64,000 nt of DNA from NCBI GenBank assembly GCA_903813345.2, contig CAIIXF020000001.1:27156001-27220000 (forward strand). Reading direction: 5' to 3'. The notes under the pieces are model-generated. The model saw only the letters and a program-made list of their open reading frames with translations, made no database searches and was not told the DNA's origin. Both the position numbers and the translations under genes were made by a program. This document shows positions 40,396 through 54,457 of this stretch, piece after piece. The DNA comes from Owenia fusiformis. Lineage: Eukaryota. The number at the start of each line of letters is the position of its first letter. Position 1 is the stretch's first letter.

Positions 40396-43300
40396 AAATA
40401 GGCTAGCTTTTGAACCAAGAGTCCCAGGGCAGGGGGCTTTTTGTATAGCTGGTTAACCAAAATAACCAAAATAAAACATGCCACTATTGTTGACATTCTG
40501 ACATATAGATAGACAGACAGACAGTTGCAATATTTCACTATGTAAGCAAAAAATTGTTTATTTCACAACAAGTTCAATGAGTATTATGCATGTCCACATA
40601 CATGTTAATTATTTATTGGTAGATCACTCTGACTACATTCTTTTTGCCAGTCATGATAAAAAACAGTTTAGCCACCAACAATCAATAAGTAAGTATTAAC
40701 TTAAAAATATTTGGTGGGTATACTTACAAGAGAGGAAATGAGTGGAATATACACAAAAAAAACAAATAACCATAAATATCTACAATAATTCTCTAAAAAA
40801 AATACAAACTACAAACTTACTATCAAACGAAAAACCTCTGAAAGCCCACCCCCCCTCCTAGAGCTTCGCATCTTAAATCAAGTCTAGCTTGAAAAAGTCC
40901 AAAAATCGAAGATCATATCATTGGAATAGATGATAAATATTTGTCTTTAATTCATGAAATAGTCTTTAATTCATGGAATTGCTAGAGAAGGTACAACATT
41001 AGAGAAAATGGCATCAAGTTATGAGTTGAATACTATCAAATAAGGCAATAAACATGTAAGGTTTAAAACAACCATTCACATCATTTGTGTGATAAAGATT
41101 AACATTGTATTAGAATTCCTAGATACATGGTGTTCAGGAAGTAAATAGTACTATATAAATGCCATTATAACTTTAACATTTACATGTCTGAAACCTTGTA
41201 CATTAATGTTCATTTTGCAAAATTTTATTTGAAAGGGAGGACATTGATATAATTTTACATAGGCCTTCCTAGAATGATAATAAAAATTATGCAAATAAAT
41301 AAAACTTAACCTTAAATAGGTCTGTGTTTGGAGGATGCTTGAAAAATAACTCAAACATTTTGAATTTATATGTCAAGAAAATCTAGGGATATGTTGTAAT
41401 AATGTTATGAATCTAAATCTCTTATTATCATTGTATTATTGTACATCTTAATTTCCCATTATTAATGAATCATCTTAAACTTTCACATAGTTACATTTTG
41501 TATTTGTATTTCCTGGATTAACAATGACACTCTAAACATTCTCAAAATCAACGGCTAAAAATGTTAAGATTGCAGAAAGATTAGCCAAAAAGGATTACTT
41601 GACATGTAGCTTGGGGATGGATAAGGGAATGTTAATTTATTTACTTTTTATTTACTTTTAGTTGTTGAACTTTCCCTTTCAAGCCAATTATTCAAATGTA
41701 TGTCTATCTATAGAACATGATCAAGTACTGAAGTGACATTATGTTACTTGGGTATAGCTGAAAACGCACCTTTTTTTCAAAATGACACGATCTAAAAGTC
41801 TTATAGACCACTAAATCATTGACTGAAAGGCCCTCATGAGTAGTTTTTCGAATAAATTCTGAATTTTACTATCAATTATTATTATATAGTCTTAAAATGA
41901 GAATATGTTACATTGTATTTTGCTTTGCATTTGTAAATCAGCAAAATCAGGCAAAATATCACATTGACTCGGGGTTTAAAACCCATATTCAATTCCAGAC
42001 CCAGAAATAAGTGTTTTATACCAATTGAATGATTTTGAGATGTTTTGCCTCTGATTTAGTCAAAGTATCACATTGATAATCTACGTAAATGTAATAAGCT
42101 ACGTTTATATTTTCTTGAAAAACTTTTTTGAAAAACGATATTTTTTGAGATATGGAAATTATTTTTGAAAAATGAAATTATTTGTAAAATATGAAAATTT
42201 AAAAAAAGTAAATGTAACACGGAAGAGTGCTTCAGATCCAATATGACAATTTCAAATGGTTGTTCTATGTGTGGGCCTAGTCCCGGCAAAGATGAACTGA
42301 TTAACATAGAAAAGCTGTGATAAACCTAAATATTATATAGTTTTCAACATTTTAATCTAGAACTATTATCTATTTACCTCTTTGGACAGTAAAAGTATTT
42401 GAAATATTATCATGCCTACATAAAAACAAATGGCCATTGTAGCTATGAACAAATGGATAATCAATCACACCGGCGGACCAGGGGCCAACCCCCCCCCCCA
42501 AGAGTAAATTAGGGCCCATTTTGGGCCCAACACGCAAGCGTGGATTTCTTTTTCATACTTCAAACATGGACCATCCCCTTGTTGGTTTAAGAAAGTACTA
42601 AATGTATTATTTTAAGAGACTTCATGGAACTTATTGATCGATCTGGCATATGAGCAAAGTAAAGAAGTGGATGGTCCAAAATGAGATTCTGGCATTCCTA
42701 AGAGCTGGTATTGTTAAATAAGTTTTTCTAAATTTCCTAAAACATTTTATTTAGCTTAGAAAGGAACAGTTTGGTAACTTTCCGTATCTCTCTAGAGGTC
42801 CGATAGTCTGATAGTCTGGTAGCTGGTATAAGTTGAACTCTACACTAACTGATCCAAATGTATGAGTCCTCCAGGTACACATTCAGTTCTAAGAAGTCTT
42901 ATCAAGAAAGGTACACATTCAGTTCTAAGAAGTCTTATCAAGAAAATTCAATTGAGATATGATCATTACAATGTCAAAAGTGGCAATGACAAAATGTTTG
43001 TGTTATCTTATTACTACAAGTTCAAAGCCCCAAACATCACATGCTGCAATTAATGACATACAATTGGCTTATTTGCTAAAAATATAGAAAAATGGTTTTA
43101 GGAATTAGAAGTCATAACTGTTTTACAACATTGTAACAGTGTATTGTTGAGAGGCCAGACATAATATAGACCTTTACTTCCTTAAATTCCAGAAAATAAC
43201 TAGAACAATGAACTCTGCTAAAATTTTCAAAATTTAGTCGAATTAGAATTTTAAAATCTGCAAAGGACTATTATATGTTGGATAACACTTATATTCTTAG

Positions 43301-43790
43301 CATCTAAAAAACTGTGTATGTTAAGCCATTGCATTATCTCCAGGAAAAAGACACAAAGATGATAAAGTCATTTTATATTTGGACTTTGAGATGGGGAAGG
43401 AGCAAGCACCATCAACAAGATTTTTCTGAAATGTTATCCCTATTTTCACTCTCGGTGCATACTATTTTTGCAATGTTTGAGATAAAAATATTATATGTTG
43501 AGGCACGATTCCCCTCTTATAGAAGAAAAATGCATTCATTCAGAGGTTTAGAGGTTTGAGAGATTTCAATTATAGGTGACCAAAATTAAGCTGAAAACAA
43601 TGAATAGCATTAGTTTTTAGGGAAAATAACATGGGAATATAGGATATAGTTTTCCAATCTATCCCAAATGAATGTATTTTTCCTTATAAGCCATTATTAA
43701 CCATGTCTCAAAACATATCTATGAATCAAAGCAGGTTGCAGAAAGAGCCCAAATGACTTTATCATATATCTATGTGTGGCATAACACCCC

Positions 43791-44221
43791 TTATCCTATG
43801 CCAAGTAGAGTTTTAGGGAGATAAGTTGGTAAGATATATCCTGTGTCCTGATTTTGAGGTTTCCATATCCTGAACCTCCATATCTCACGCTCCAGGGCAT
43901 ATCTTCCCGCTTCGAAAAAAAAATTGAAAAATAAGAAAAATTGAAAAAATGTGAAAAAATTGAAAAAAAAAAAAATTCAAAAAAATTCAAAAAAATAAAA
44001 AAAATTGAAAAAATAAAAAAATTTGAAAAGAAATTGGAAGAAAATTAGAAAACTCTACTTGGTATAGGATAAAGCAGTTATGTACGGTCGGTTTGGATAT
44101 TGGGTTCATCCCTCGTGAGATATGCACATCTACCTTTGGTCCCTACGGTCCCTCAGGTAGATATGCATATCTCCCTCTGGATAAACCCCATATCCAAAAC
44201 CTCCCAGTACATAACCCTTAT
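43791..44221. mobile_element. Composite element: 24-bp inverted repeats around an A-rich core plus an adjacent ~145-bp terminal palindrome
   Basis: ttatcctatgccaagtagagtttt (43791) / aaaactctacttggtataggataa (ends 44072), then palindrome gttatgtac...gatatgcacatctacc...ggtagatatgcatatc...gtacataac. Confidence 0.6.
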
Positions 44222-44689
44222 CTATCTCTGTTACAGCTTTAACTAAATTGAACTATAAGATCCCATGTTGCAATCATACGACAAAACTTGTCAACTTGAG
44301 ATATGAAGTGTTGCTCAATTACTTATATATATTCACACATAAAGACTAAACAATTGTGATAAAATGGAAAGATTTATCAATTTCACGATAGCCTCTTTCT
44401 TAACTCATAATTAATAAGGAGTTTTTTATCTATGATTTAAGACACTGAAATTATGATATAACTGAATGATTTACAAATTTTATGATAACTTATTATTATT
44501 TTTTTACATAATAGATAAGAGAATTTCATACATGTGTAAAACATAAGAATTACATTATGTGAAATGATTAGATAAATCAAGTAAGAACAAGATCTACAAG
44601 ATCTATTCTACTTATAGAAGGTGTTTTTTCAAAATATTACTTGTTATCAATGTCAAGAGCTACCTGTATTGTTGCCAATTTTATAGTTA

Positions 44690-45080
44690 GAGTCCATTTC
44701 ACCGCTTCATTTCGTCAGTAGAATGGCAAAAATAAGAAATTGGGAGACCATTGTGCAATAATATATGGAAAAGTATATTCATAATGTACATGAATGAGAT
44801 TTGTATATCTTGGATTGCTTCTAGTTTGGCTTATAAAGTGTGTGGCCTCTTATATTTGGATGTTTCTCTGCCATGTTATTTTCAATAAGATTAACATGGC
44901 TGAAATTCTTCAAATTACAAGACGGCACAGGCTTATTGCACAAAAAACTAAAAAATCTGAAATATACAAATGTCATTCATGTACATTATGAATATACTTT
45001 TCCATATATTATTGCACAATGGTCTCCCAATTTCTTATTTTTGCCGTTCTACTGACGAAATGAAGCAGTGAAATGGACTC
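44690..45080. mobile_element. Palindromic MITE, about 390 bp, with ~120-bp near-perfect TIRs
   Basis: gagtccatttcaccgcttcatttcgtcagtagaa... / ...ttctactgacgaaatgaagcagtgaaatggactc, TA on both flanks. Confidence 0.85.
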
Positions 45081-45329
45081 TAGTTTATGCGATTGTCTGA
45101 ACTTTGATGTATTTGTGGATTAGCTAGGGTCATTGCTGCTTGTCATAAAGACTGGTCAATACCAGTTTATATTTGATATGGATCAACTGTCATTTACCAG
45201 TATGTAGCAAATGACAGGCAGTAAAATAAAAAACTGGTCCATCATGTAATATTGACCCAGCTAGTCTCAAGTCCCTAGGTTAAAAGCTCTGCTTAATAAT
45301 GCTTTTGGGATATCAAATATTAAACTGCC

Positions 45330-45385
45330 CAGGCCCGTAGTCAGGACCCATCGAACCCATCGAACCCCCACTGGCTACAGGCCTG
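45330..45385. mobile_element. Minimal 56-bp hAT-like MITE with 5-bp TSD CTGCC
   Basis: caggcccgtagtcag / ctggctacaggcctg; ctgcc at 45325-45329 and 45386-45390. Confidence 0.7.
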
Positions 45386-47747
45386 CTGCCAAAGCATATA
45401 ATTAGACCACAGATGATGAATTTCACCAATACTTAATACCACTAACACTGAATGCCAATACTGACAACCAACTTTACTTGTAATACTTGTGTACATAATA
45501 TGGGTTGGATTTTATTTTTATATATATCTGACTTACCAATTGTGAGGGTTGTAACTTGATATTAGTATAAACTGAATTTGGTATTAACGTACAGACCAAT
45601 GAAACTTTGTCTAACTTGAAGCGATGCATTATGGGAGCTATTTATGTTAATGACCATTTTTTCGTCTATCACATATTGATCTATTGGTTTGTATTTCAAA
45701 TTGACCAGTATGAACTGATTTAGGAAGCATCCTGACAAAGACGAAAATTGCAGAATTCACTCTTGTGGCAAAAAGCAGGAAATTGGAAATCTAAGGATGG
45801 TCTAAATAGTCAACACCTATCACATTAACCGCACCCCTTTGTCTTGATCTTTCTCGCAAATGACATATAAAAGGGGCTCTGGTAAACCTAAATGGTCAAC
45901 ACTATTTATTATGAGTAATTAAAAACCGACAAAGTATGTTTTAACTTTATATAAATATATTAACAAATTAACCTTTGTTTCATGAATCACAGGACTCTCA
46001 ACAAACAGTACAATAACTAGTAAATATATATGTCACCTAAAATATTTGTTATTCCAAATTTCTCAACCTCTGATCACAGGGCTTCAAAATCCAGAATATA
46101 TTCTTTCTTTTTACCCCCTGCGATAAGCAGTTAGCATTTCCCCGATTAAGAACTTGCAATCTGATTGGCTGTCGCAACACTGCGATAGAAATCATGTATA
46201 AGCCATTGCGCATAATTAGATCATGTGATTCAGTTAAATCGGGAGCTTCCAAATTGGTTATAGCAGGGGGAAGAAGGAGGCACGAATTCTGGACACCTGC
46301 TTAGGAGGATGAAATTTCTAGCATTCTCGTACATGAACATCGGGTATGTCATTGTCATGTCACTCATGCTTTGATTGGTCAATACAAATTCACTCAACAA
46401 CTACATGAATAACGAGAAGATGACTAACTCCAGGTGGAACAAACTGACTTGACCAATAGTGTTCCAGTTTGAACATGGGAAAAATATCTACAAGCTATTA
46501 ACAAGTTTATATTTTACAGAGAACCTGAGTTTGTTCAAACATCTCTGAAAACTACATGTATTGTACTCATTTCTTGGAAATGATGACAATCAAGCTTTAT
46601 ATTTGAATAAACTAACTTCATATATTTACATTTTATTGTAATCAGGAAGTCGTAAACGGTATACAAACAGCTTGTCACGAAAAACTCATAAAATGCCTAT
46701 AAATTCACAATATAACAATACATAAAGGGGCAACAAAGGATCAATGACCTAAACGAAACTTTTAAATTTAAAAATTCACAATTAACTTCATGATAATACT
46801 TTGATTGTTTATCTAATATGCTGATAAATGCTCTAATAAATTTAGACATTTCTGCTTCTTTAATTTTCAATAACTTCCATATTTCAGATATCAAATTCAG
46901 GATTGCAAGGGAAACCTAGGAATTTTTTTTTGAACTATTGCTTCTAACATTTTACACTTGGTATGCTTTACTGCCACTTTAAATATGAAAAGTCAGAATT
47001 AGAACGATGATAATCCAGAAATATATATACATGTTTATCAAACTCTGAAATACTGATTATGGCTTCGGGTTATCAACAGTTAAATGTTTTTTTTATGACC
47101 ACGCTCAAAATATTTCTTGATGACATTGATGTTTACATCAGAATATCAAGTCATAAAAATATTTACAATGACTTTTGTGTGTAATCAAGTTACACGATAA
47201 TATATAATTTTGAGCATCATAAATTGGACGGAATTGTCAAAATATTCTCAATAAAAGAACAACTTGTATTAAATATGTTGCATAAACTTCTGTTAATACA
47301 CATTTATATAGAATAATTTCTATGCTTATGGATGGAATCACAATAATCACTATCTCATGGACGGATCTAGTGGACGAATCTCATGTAGTACTGGATGCAT
47401 CAATTCTCCTAAAAACATCCAATATTTTTGAGTGATAATATATAAGAATTCTTGAAATATCTAACACGGAATGTTATGCTAAAGTGGTGACCATGAATGA
47501 ATCTGAGATTCATAATTTCAAACCAAAACAATGACGTTTTAGACTAGAACATCCTCAAGGATTTCCACGCTCCATATGTACAGAATATATCTCTTCCACT
47601 TGTAATGTCAATGTTGAATTCACAAGTCAATACTGTTAAAATTCATAAGTCAATATTCTTGAATTCACAGGTCAATTCTCTTAAATTCACAAGTCAATGA
47701 TCACTTGGGACAGTTTATGAGTTGGTCTTTGAATTCAGCATAGAGAA

Positions 47748-47832
47748 TTATTCAGTAGCTGATGATGCAATTCCAGAGTCCTTTTTCTGATCATCTTCAT
47801 CATCTTCATCATCGTTGTCATCACTGCTCTCA
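47748..47832 (-). CDS. ERICH2: ERICH2-like gene, terminal exon C (SESSDDNDDEDDEDDQKKDSGIASSATE*)
   Basis: Acceptor ttttatattccAG, phase 2 matches exon B; TAA at 47750-47748. Confidence 0.72.
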
Positions 47833-48275
47833 CTGGAATATAAAACTTAACTAAAGCATCCAATTCTTCAAATTAAAGAGAGAATCAGATCTAGCAAGCA
47901 AACTAAACAAAAATTGTTTCAAATTTTTGCACTTTTAATCCTAGACAACTTCACCAATTTATTAGACGATTAACATATCACCAATCTTTTGGCAGGAATA
48001 GATTGATAGGCCAATTGTACATATTGCTTCAATTTTGTCACCATTTAGATCTGATTCTGCCTTTAAATAGCAATTATGCTTAACAAATGGAAGCACATGC
48101 AAAATTCGAAGAAATCCATAACATATAACAGTAAACAGATATTTAATCACTGGTACTAATTCATGTACATTGTAACTAGATCTCACATGAGACTGACAAG
48201 AGGCAGAAAGCTTTGAAACATTTTACAAAATTGATCTCAACATTTTTAATTTGTTTCCAGTACTATTATATGTAA

Positions 48276-48565
48276 TATAATATTAAAGCTAACGTTCAGC
48301 TTCTTTCATTTTTATGGATGTGACAGAATTATATACGGTACTTCTTCTTAATTCAGCAGCCATTTTAATTTGGCGGATCTGCCGAATTGTTATAGTCTGC
48401 CAAATTAAGTAGCCACCAAATTCAATATTTCATATTTCAAGCCTCAATGTGTATGGTATATTCATTTCAATATTGCAAGTCTGCCAAATTAAGTAGTTGC
48501 CAAATGATCAAAACAGCAAATCTGCTAAAATAAGTAGCGCCAAATTAAGTAGATGTAAAGTAAAT
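48276..48565. mobile_element. Degenerate MITE with repeated gccaaattaagtag motifs
   Basis: ttaatttggcgg at the left end is inverted relative to several (c)gccaaattaagtag copies; termini are decayed. Confidence 0.4.
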
Positions 48566-49168
48566 AATTGCTGATACTGAAGTCATTAGTATGCAAAATG
48601 CAAAGGAAAGTAGGCAAAATGTTAGAGGATAAAACCTAACAATAAATGAGCATGCCTTAATACAAATGTCCCTTAACTTATATTATGAATAAAAAATAGA
48701 AAAACAACATATTTTATTTTTAAAGAATTTATGCATTTCCGTATCCTGATAATATATAACTTTTAAACTTATAAAGTAATATATCATATCAATATATCAT
48801 CTTCTAATATTACCACCAAATACAATCCAATATTGTTATGAATTATAAAAAATTTTAATTTCGGTAATAAGAAGTCTGTCATTTGTAGTATTAGTAATTT
48901 TATCAATACATATGTACTATATTGGGTGTCTATTTCAGACATGTTAACTTGTTTCAGTGATTGTGATGGTGTGATAGTGTTTGAGTAAATGCCTGTAGTG
49001 CACATATATTGTTTATAGCTACACTCCCATGAAAAGGTTTAGCAACCCAAACTCCCTACTTGAAATCCTGTTTATGTTTAAAAGTTTAATTGGTCTTAAT
49101 CATATTTCTTAGTTCGGAATTCAAGGATGTTTTAAATCACCAAACATACACAGGTTTTAACATGGTGT

Positions 49169-49290
49169 AAACAAGGCATTAACATGCAATTTGTCACCAC
49201 CTGTCAAAAGTTACAGACATCAACCACCAAATGCCTACCACCGAACCCTGTCCACAAATAAGTTGGAGCCTATGTGATGGTGATGTAAAA
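49169..49290 (+). mobile_element. Core-less derivative of the 39128-40395 HINE-like family
   Basis: Shares the 5' aaacaag.cattaacatg...tgtcaccacc and the gttacagaca...accacc segment but has no satellite units. Confidence 0.5.
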
Positions 49291-49342
49291 AGAAGTTTTT
49301 GCCAAACTTTTTAGGGGAATGTAAAATGTTCAACTGACTTAC

Positions 49343-49436
49343 CTGTCATCACTGTCAGTATCTCCAGATTCACCTCCACTATCTTCATCACCTGTCTCAT
49401 CTTCCTCCTCTTCTGTGGAACTCTCCTCTTCTTGTT
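49343..49436 (-). CDS. ERICH2: ERICH2-like gene, acidic exon B (EQEEESSTEEEEDETGDEDSGGESGDTDSDD)
   Basis: Acceptor ttctctggtttgtAG, donor CAG|GTAAGT; enters in phase 1, exits in phase 2. Confidence 0.72.
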
Positions 49437-50921
49437 CTACAACCAGAGAAACCAAAACTCAATACAACTGATTTTTAGAAAGGGATAAGATATCTGACCA
49501 AATAGGCATTGTCTCTTGATTCTGAGGATGTGTGTATTCATAAGAATTAAACTGTCGTCACCTGGTATTTTATTGCAAATGGTAACAAAAATGTGACAAT
49601 CTGTTACAGATGCATTACACTCATGCAGACTGCAAGTCACTAAAAACAGTGCTTAACATTTCCTCACAGGTTCTTGGTTTTGAAATGAAAACTGTTATAA
49701 AAATAGCATACTGCAGATGAAAATCCAGCCAACGAAATAGCCCAAACTGCTCAAACTAGAAGCTTATTGGTTGTTTCAAGATTTACAATTAATAAGTAAA
49801 ATTCAGGAAAAGCCCCCAGAGTGGGATTCTTGGACTTTACATTTTCTTTAATTATCATTATAATTTTCATTGCATATCTTAATACTGGTATTTTGTATTT
49901 TTCTTGTTTGGGACAGATAAGGTGGTTCATCTTACTATGAAAGGTTTGATTTGCTGCTATGCCTACTATAAGTGACCCTAAGGTGACATACAAACTTTAA
50001 AGGATATTGTGAGAAAAAGTGCATGTGAAAATTGACAATTACAACTGTAATTAATCACAAGAAAATATGACAGCAAAATAAATGAATACATGGAGGTCAA
50101 TCTATTGAATATTATGACAAAGGGTCATGTATGATGATAGTCTAAGTTGAAAACATTGCATGATAACCATAAAACAGCATTTCAAATGAATGAACCAAAT
50201 GATGTCTCGTACAAATAGGTGGGATTCTACCAAGTACAAAAAAAGACAATAGTATAGGTACACGGCAATCTGAGTTTATTTTCATTTTGCAAATGTTATA
50301 TTTCTTCTCTGTTTCAATATAGCTTGATAAATGACAATAATCTAGTTAATACCTAGGACAAAAACAAGGAGGACCATGAGTAGTTGATTAATCTAATGAT
50401 TAATTTAGCAATTTAATGATTAATTTAGCAAATTAATCCAGTGTGCATGGTATCCATTAAGCCAGCAAGAACATCATTATGTTGTCGTATCAGTTTTGAT
50501 CTTGATGAAAGTCTGATATCTTCATTTGAATAAAGCACAAAATATTTCACAAATTCATTTTGTTCTCTCTCTGTCTAATATAGAATATTGTGTGGGGGTA
50601 TAGTGCATTATTTGTAGTACATGAAAAAGGTATAATCAATACAGCACCTCTTAGTGAGGCCACAAAATGATTACCAACATTTTGTGTTTTTTCTTTCTTA
50701 TTGCTTGAACATTAGCCTGCTGATTAACAGAGAATCAAAAACCATTGGCCTTAGCTATTGAAGTGATAAACAGTCCGAAATTCTGGTCATGCATGGCTAC
50801 ATCTATAACTACATATGTGAGACTTGCATCTCTTATAGAGCAGGATTGTGAGCAGGGTTACAAAAGAAAACCAGCAACAGCTCCATGAAATGGGGTTGTT
50901 AAGTCTAGTGGGACACTTTAG

Positions 50922-51373
50922 CTAGTATGATGTACAACAAATGTGTGCATGATTTGTGCTCCAGTTCACTAGCATGCATAAACTGTAATGTATACCATAT
51001 GGTGTTGTACAATCTGGGAGACCGTATGACACACTCCCAAGTCTAAACCCACAGATTTCCTCTCCTAAAATTTCATCCTGGCCAGATTCATTTTCCTCCG
51101 TACTTGAACCTTCAAAATCCCCACTTGCTTCATTTAGAGACAAATTTGAAATGTCTTGTGATTTATTCAAATCGTCATCATCATCATCACTCTCTTCAGT
51201 GATCTCAACAGTATCACTTTTAGATATGATGTCATCATTCAATGTTGTGACCTCATCATTTTGTGTTGTGACGTCATTACTGAGTGTTGTGACATCATCA
51301 TCTGTGTTACTAGAGTCACTGTCATTACTAGATGACCAGTCATGTTCGGACTCAGATTCACTACTGCTCAGTT
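50922..51373 (-). CDS. ERICH2: ERICH2-like gene, alternative terminal exon A (acidic/Ser-rich, ends ...HICCTSY*)
   Basis: Acceptor tttaagcAG|AA, phase 1 compatible with the 52713 donor; open to TAG at 50924-50922; D/E/S-rich like ERICH2 tails. Confidence 0.55.
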
Positions 51374-52712
51374 CTGCTTAAACAGGTAGCAATAAAAAGT
51401 ATAATTCAAAATATTTTAATTTAAATTATTTAATTCATTCATTTAAATTATATTTTATGTACATGAATTTGCACTCATACTCATTGCCCTTGATATAATT
51501 GTATCAAATATGTGTTTATTAGGTAGACATTCTGGGTGTTACGAATATCTTATATCTTAATTATTTTGGCACGAACTACCGATAATTAATCATAGTTTGG
51601 AAATCAAAGTTCAGAAACCTTTTATCAGTGAGGGATGGTCGCAGCGACCAACTTTTGGTGAACTTATATTTTTACAATGACCAAGTCTAAAACCTTAGTG
51701 TTATTACAATTCCCTTACTTATTGAGTATTTCTTTGTCAGTGCTAACATCGGTTAAGGTGTTCGCAAAACAATTAAGCCAGTTAACTAACAGAATCATTA
51801 AGATCATCTTATCTTACTATCATCTAAAGTGTGACCATTTTTAAACACAATAGTTTGAAGTGACGTTATCATTTTACAAAATAAACGCCATTGCCATTTC
51901 TTTTAAACTAGTGAGGTCAGACTAACTATTTCAAGGTCAAGGAGCGAGATTGAAAATGATTTTATCAATCATATCATCTAAAGTGGACCTAATGATATTA
52001 AGACATACATCATTATTATTATTATAAATTAATTCAAACAGAAAAAAAATTCTTAGGATTATCTTCTCAAGTAGATATGACATTTTGTCTCTTTGATGTT
52101 GATCTATTTAAAATTGGGCTCAATCTTGTTTTGATGGTCCCAAAGTTCTCCAAGTTAGATATTATTCACATATTCTTTTATCACCAAACAAGGCAAAGCG
52201 TGGACAATATTGCACCCCTGAGAAGAACATTAATAATTATGTAAATAAATTAATTTGCGTTCAAAGTCTGCCAATATCATGACATGATTGCCATTCTCAC
52301 CATAAATTTTAAAATCAATTCTCAGAATGGCATGACTGGAATCATGTAGACTTTGGATTGCATCCATATTAGGGTGAAAAGTCTAAATTGGCCACCTCAA
52401 AATTTTCCAAGCATGCCAACAAAAAAACTAATCAGTTCTAGTCATCCAGAACAAGAGCTATTTCTAAAAATTTCAATTCAATTCATCAAAGGATTTGCCT
52501 GGAACTACATAGGCTCAACATTGGAGAGAAGAGTATGATTTTAGGATGGCCACCTTAAACTTTACACAGCATACAAAAACACAAATCAGTCTTAGATATT
52601 AATTTTTCGAATGCAATACATATGTCTAATTTTTATGTCAATTAAAATAGATAAAGAAAGATGTGTTAAACATGGGCTTGTAAAATCAATTTTTCATGGA
52701 AGAATTACTAAC

Positions 52713-52790
52713 CTGCTAATAACTGCAGTTTTTCTTCAATGACAGGCATAAACTTGAGGGCTTCTGCATTGTCTGGTTCATAGAGCAAAA
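52713..52790 (-). CDS. ERICH2: ERICH2-like gene, core exon (ILLYEPDNAEALKFMPVIEEKLQLLA)
   Basis: Poly-T acceptor ttttttttcAG at 52792-52791, donor CAG|GTTAGT; phase 1-1; completes the KLCRM-ILLYEPDN.EA motif. Confidence 0.82.
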
Positions 52791-52975
52791 CTGAAAAAAA
52801 AAACAATTCATAGATTCATAGATTCATAGATTCATAGATTATGCAATTAAAAATAATATATTGTGCACAATAAGGTGAGTTCAATTCAAAATACTTTTTA
52901 ATTGACTTTATTGACTCATTCAAATATTAGGTAAGTTTTAGTTATTTGAAGATTGATCTTGTGATATATACATAA

Positions 52976-53629
52976 AACAGCGGATTATATAAAAATGGAC
53001 TGTAACAAATACCCGGATTTGTTGATTTTTAAAAAAAGTAATTTTTTGATATCACTTTTTAACGAGATAATTCATGATGACATCACAAAGCATCTCTGTC
53101 ATATATAGAACTCTGCCACATTTCTTAGAAATCAAACTACTATGTGACATCATAGATAATCTCACTGTCACAGATAGAATTCACCTAATTCCCATTGTGA
53201 TGATTGATGATGACATCACAGACTGTCAACACATATAGACAAAAATGAATTTCAAATGCATATTGGGATATTGTTAGCTAGGACAAACAGAACAGTTTCA
53301 GCTATTAATTCTTAATTCTATTAGGAATTCTTAACTAAAATAAGTTCAGCAATCTATGTGAGAAAGATGGGTCTGAAATCTTGAACCATCTTTAAACATC
53401 ACTTACTAAATAATACCAGCAGAAAATGGGGTATCTCTTTTTATGCTCAGCATAAAATGGGACATCACTTTTTATGCCAGCATAAAATGGGACATCACTT
53501 TTTATGCCAGCATAAAATGGGACATCACGTTTTATGCTTGGCATAAAAAGTGATATCAAAAAAATATTTTTTTTTAAAACCAACAAATCCGGGTATTTGT
53601 TACAGTCCATTTTTATATAATCCGCTGTT
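52976..53629. mobile_element. TIR element (~80-bp TIR, 4-bp TSD ATAA) with an internal 30-bp tandem repeat
   Basis: aacagcggattatataaaaatggactgtaacaaatacccggatttgttg and its exact reverse complement at the right end; ataa flanks; ccagcataaaatgggacatcactttttatg about 4x at 53416-53545. Confidence 0.82.
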
Positions 53630-54311
53630 ATAACTACAGATCAAAGGCTAGAGTATATGTGACCTGTTATCAAATGAAAAAAAATTGATATGAAGATACA
53701 AAATTCTGCAAAATGATAAATGTGATATAAATCTTCATGGTAAAAAATATTTGAATTTCAGAAAAAACTAAAAAGTGACAATGACAATGTAAAAATTGAG
53801 ATAATTTTGATTACATCTGCATATACACAATGTACATGTACAGTATATATAAATAAATCTTTCCTATGTAGTCTCAGGTGCAATTACTGTAAAGGAGTGG
53901 TATCTATATGGTGAATTTTTTGAACACACGTTTCTCTATTATGTTCAAAAACAGTTATATAAAATATATATAAATAATTTTTGCATGAAATTGTAGCCAA
54001 TCAGTCAACATTACATAAAGGACCGTGTTTTTTACAGAACGTTTTCAATAATTGGTTTCAGAGAAAAACATTGTTAAATTTTTATTTTTTTTATTTATTT
54101 ATTTGGAAAACGCTTTTAGAGCAGCGGCACTCAATCGGTGCATCCAATACATCATATTTAAAATATAGATGGGATAAAACATATCATGCAAAAGGCCACT
54201 AAAAACATGCATACGACTATTGTGTGCACTGTACATGTATTTTTGAATTCAGTTTACCATATCGATACCTATCCTTTAGTGACAAATTCAAAATCCTTCA
54301 AAGCAACTTAC

Positions 54312-54457
54312 TCATTCTGCATAGTTTTTCAGCATTTTCATAGTCTTGTTGCATGAGGCACCCGACAAACTCCATCAGTAGCTCATTTGGGGCTTTCCTT
54401 TCTTCCTCATCCTCTGTATCTTCTTCCTCTTCATCCTCTGCATCAGCACCACTGTCA
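54312..54457 (-). CDS. ERICH2: ERICH2-like gene, core exon (acidic tract + APNELLMEFVGCLMQQDYENAEKLCRM)
   Basis: Acceptor ttgctatAG, donor ATGA|GTAAGT; the peptide resembles the ERICH2 core as I recall it (APLELMAEFL...Y..AKKLCQMILIYEPEN.EA..F); recognised from memory, not by a search. Confidence 0.8.

Noticed and set aside
42872-42945. 36-bp perfect tandem duplication, and microsatellites elsewhere (2158, 52808, 60480)
   Set aside because: Ordinary slippage products with no sign of function.
45530-46450. Possible promoter and non-coding first exon of the mucin gene (CCAAT boxes, GTAAGT donor near 45535)
   Set aside because: Short motifs expected by chance; no transcript evidence links them to the exon at 37410.
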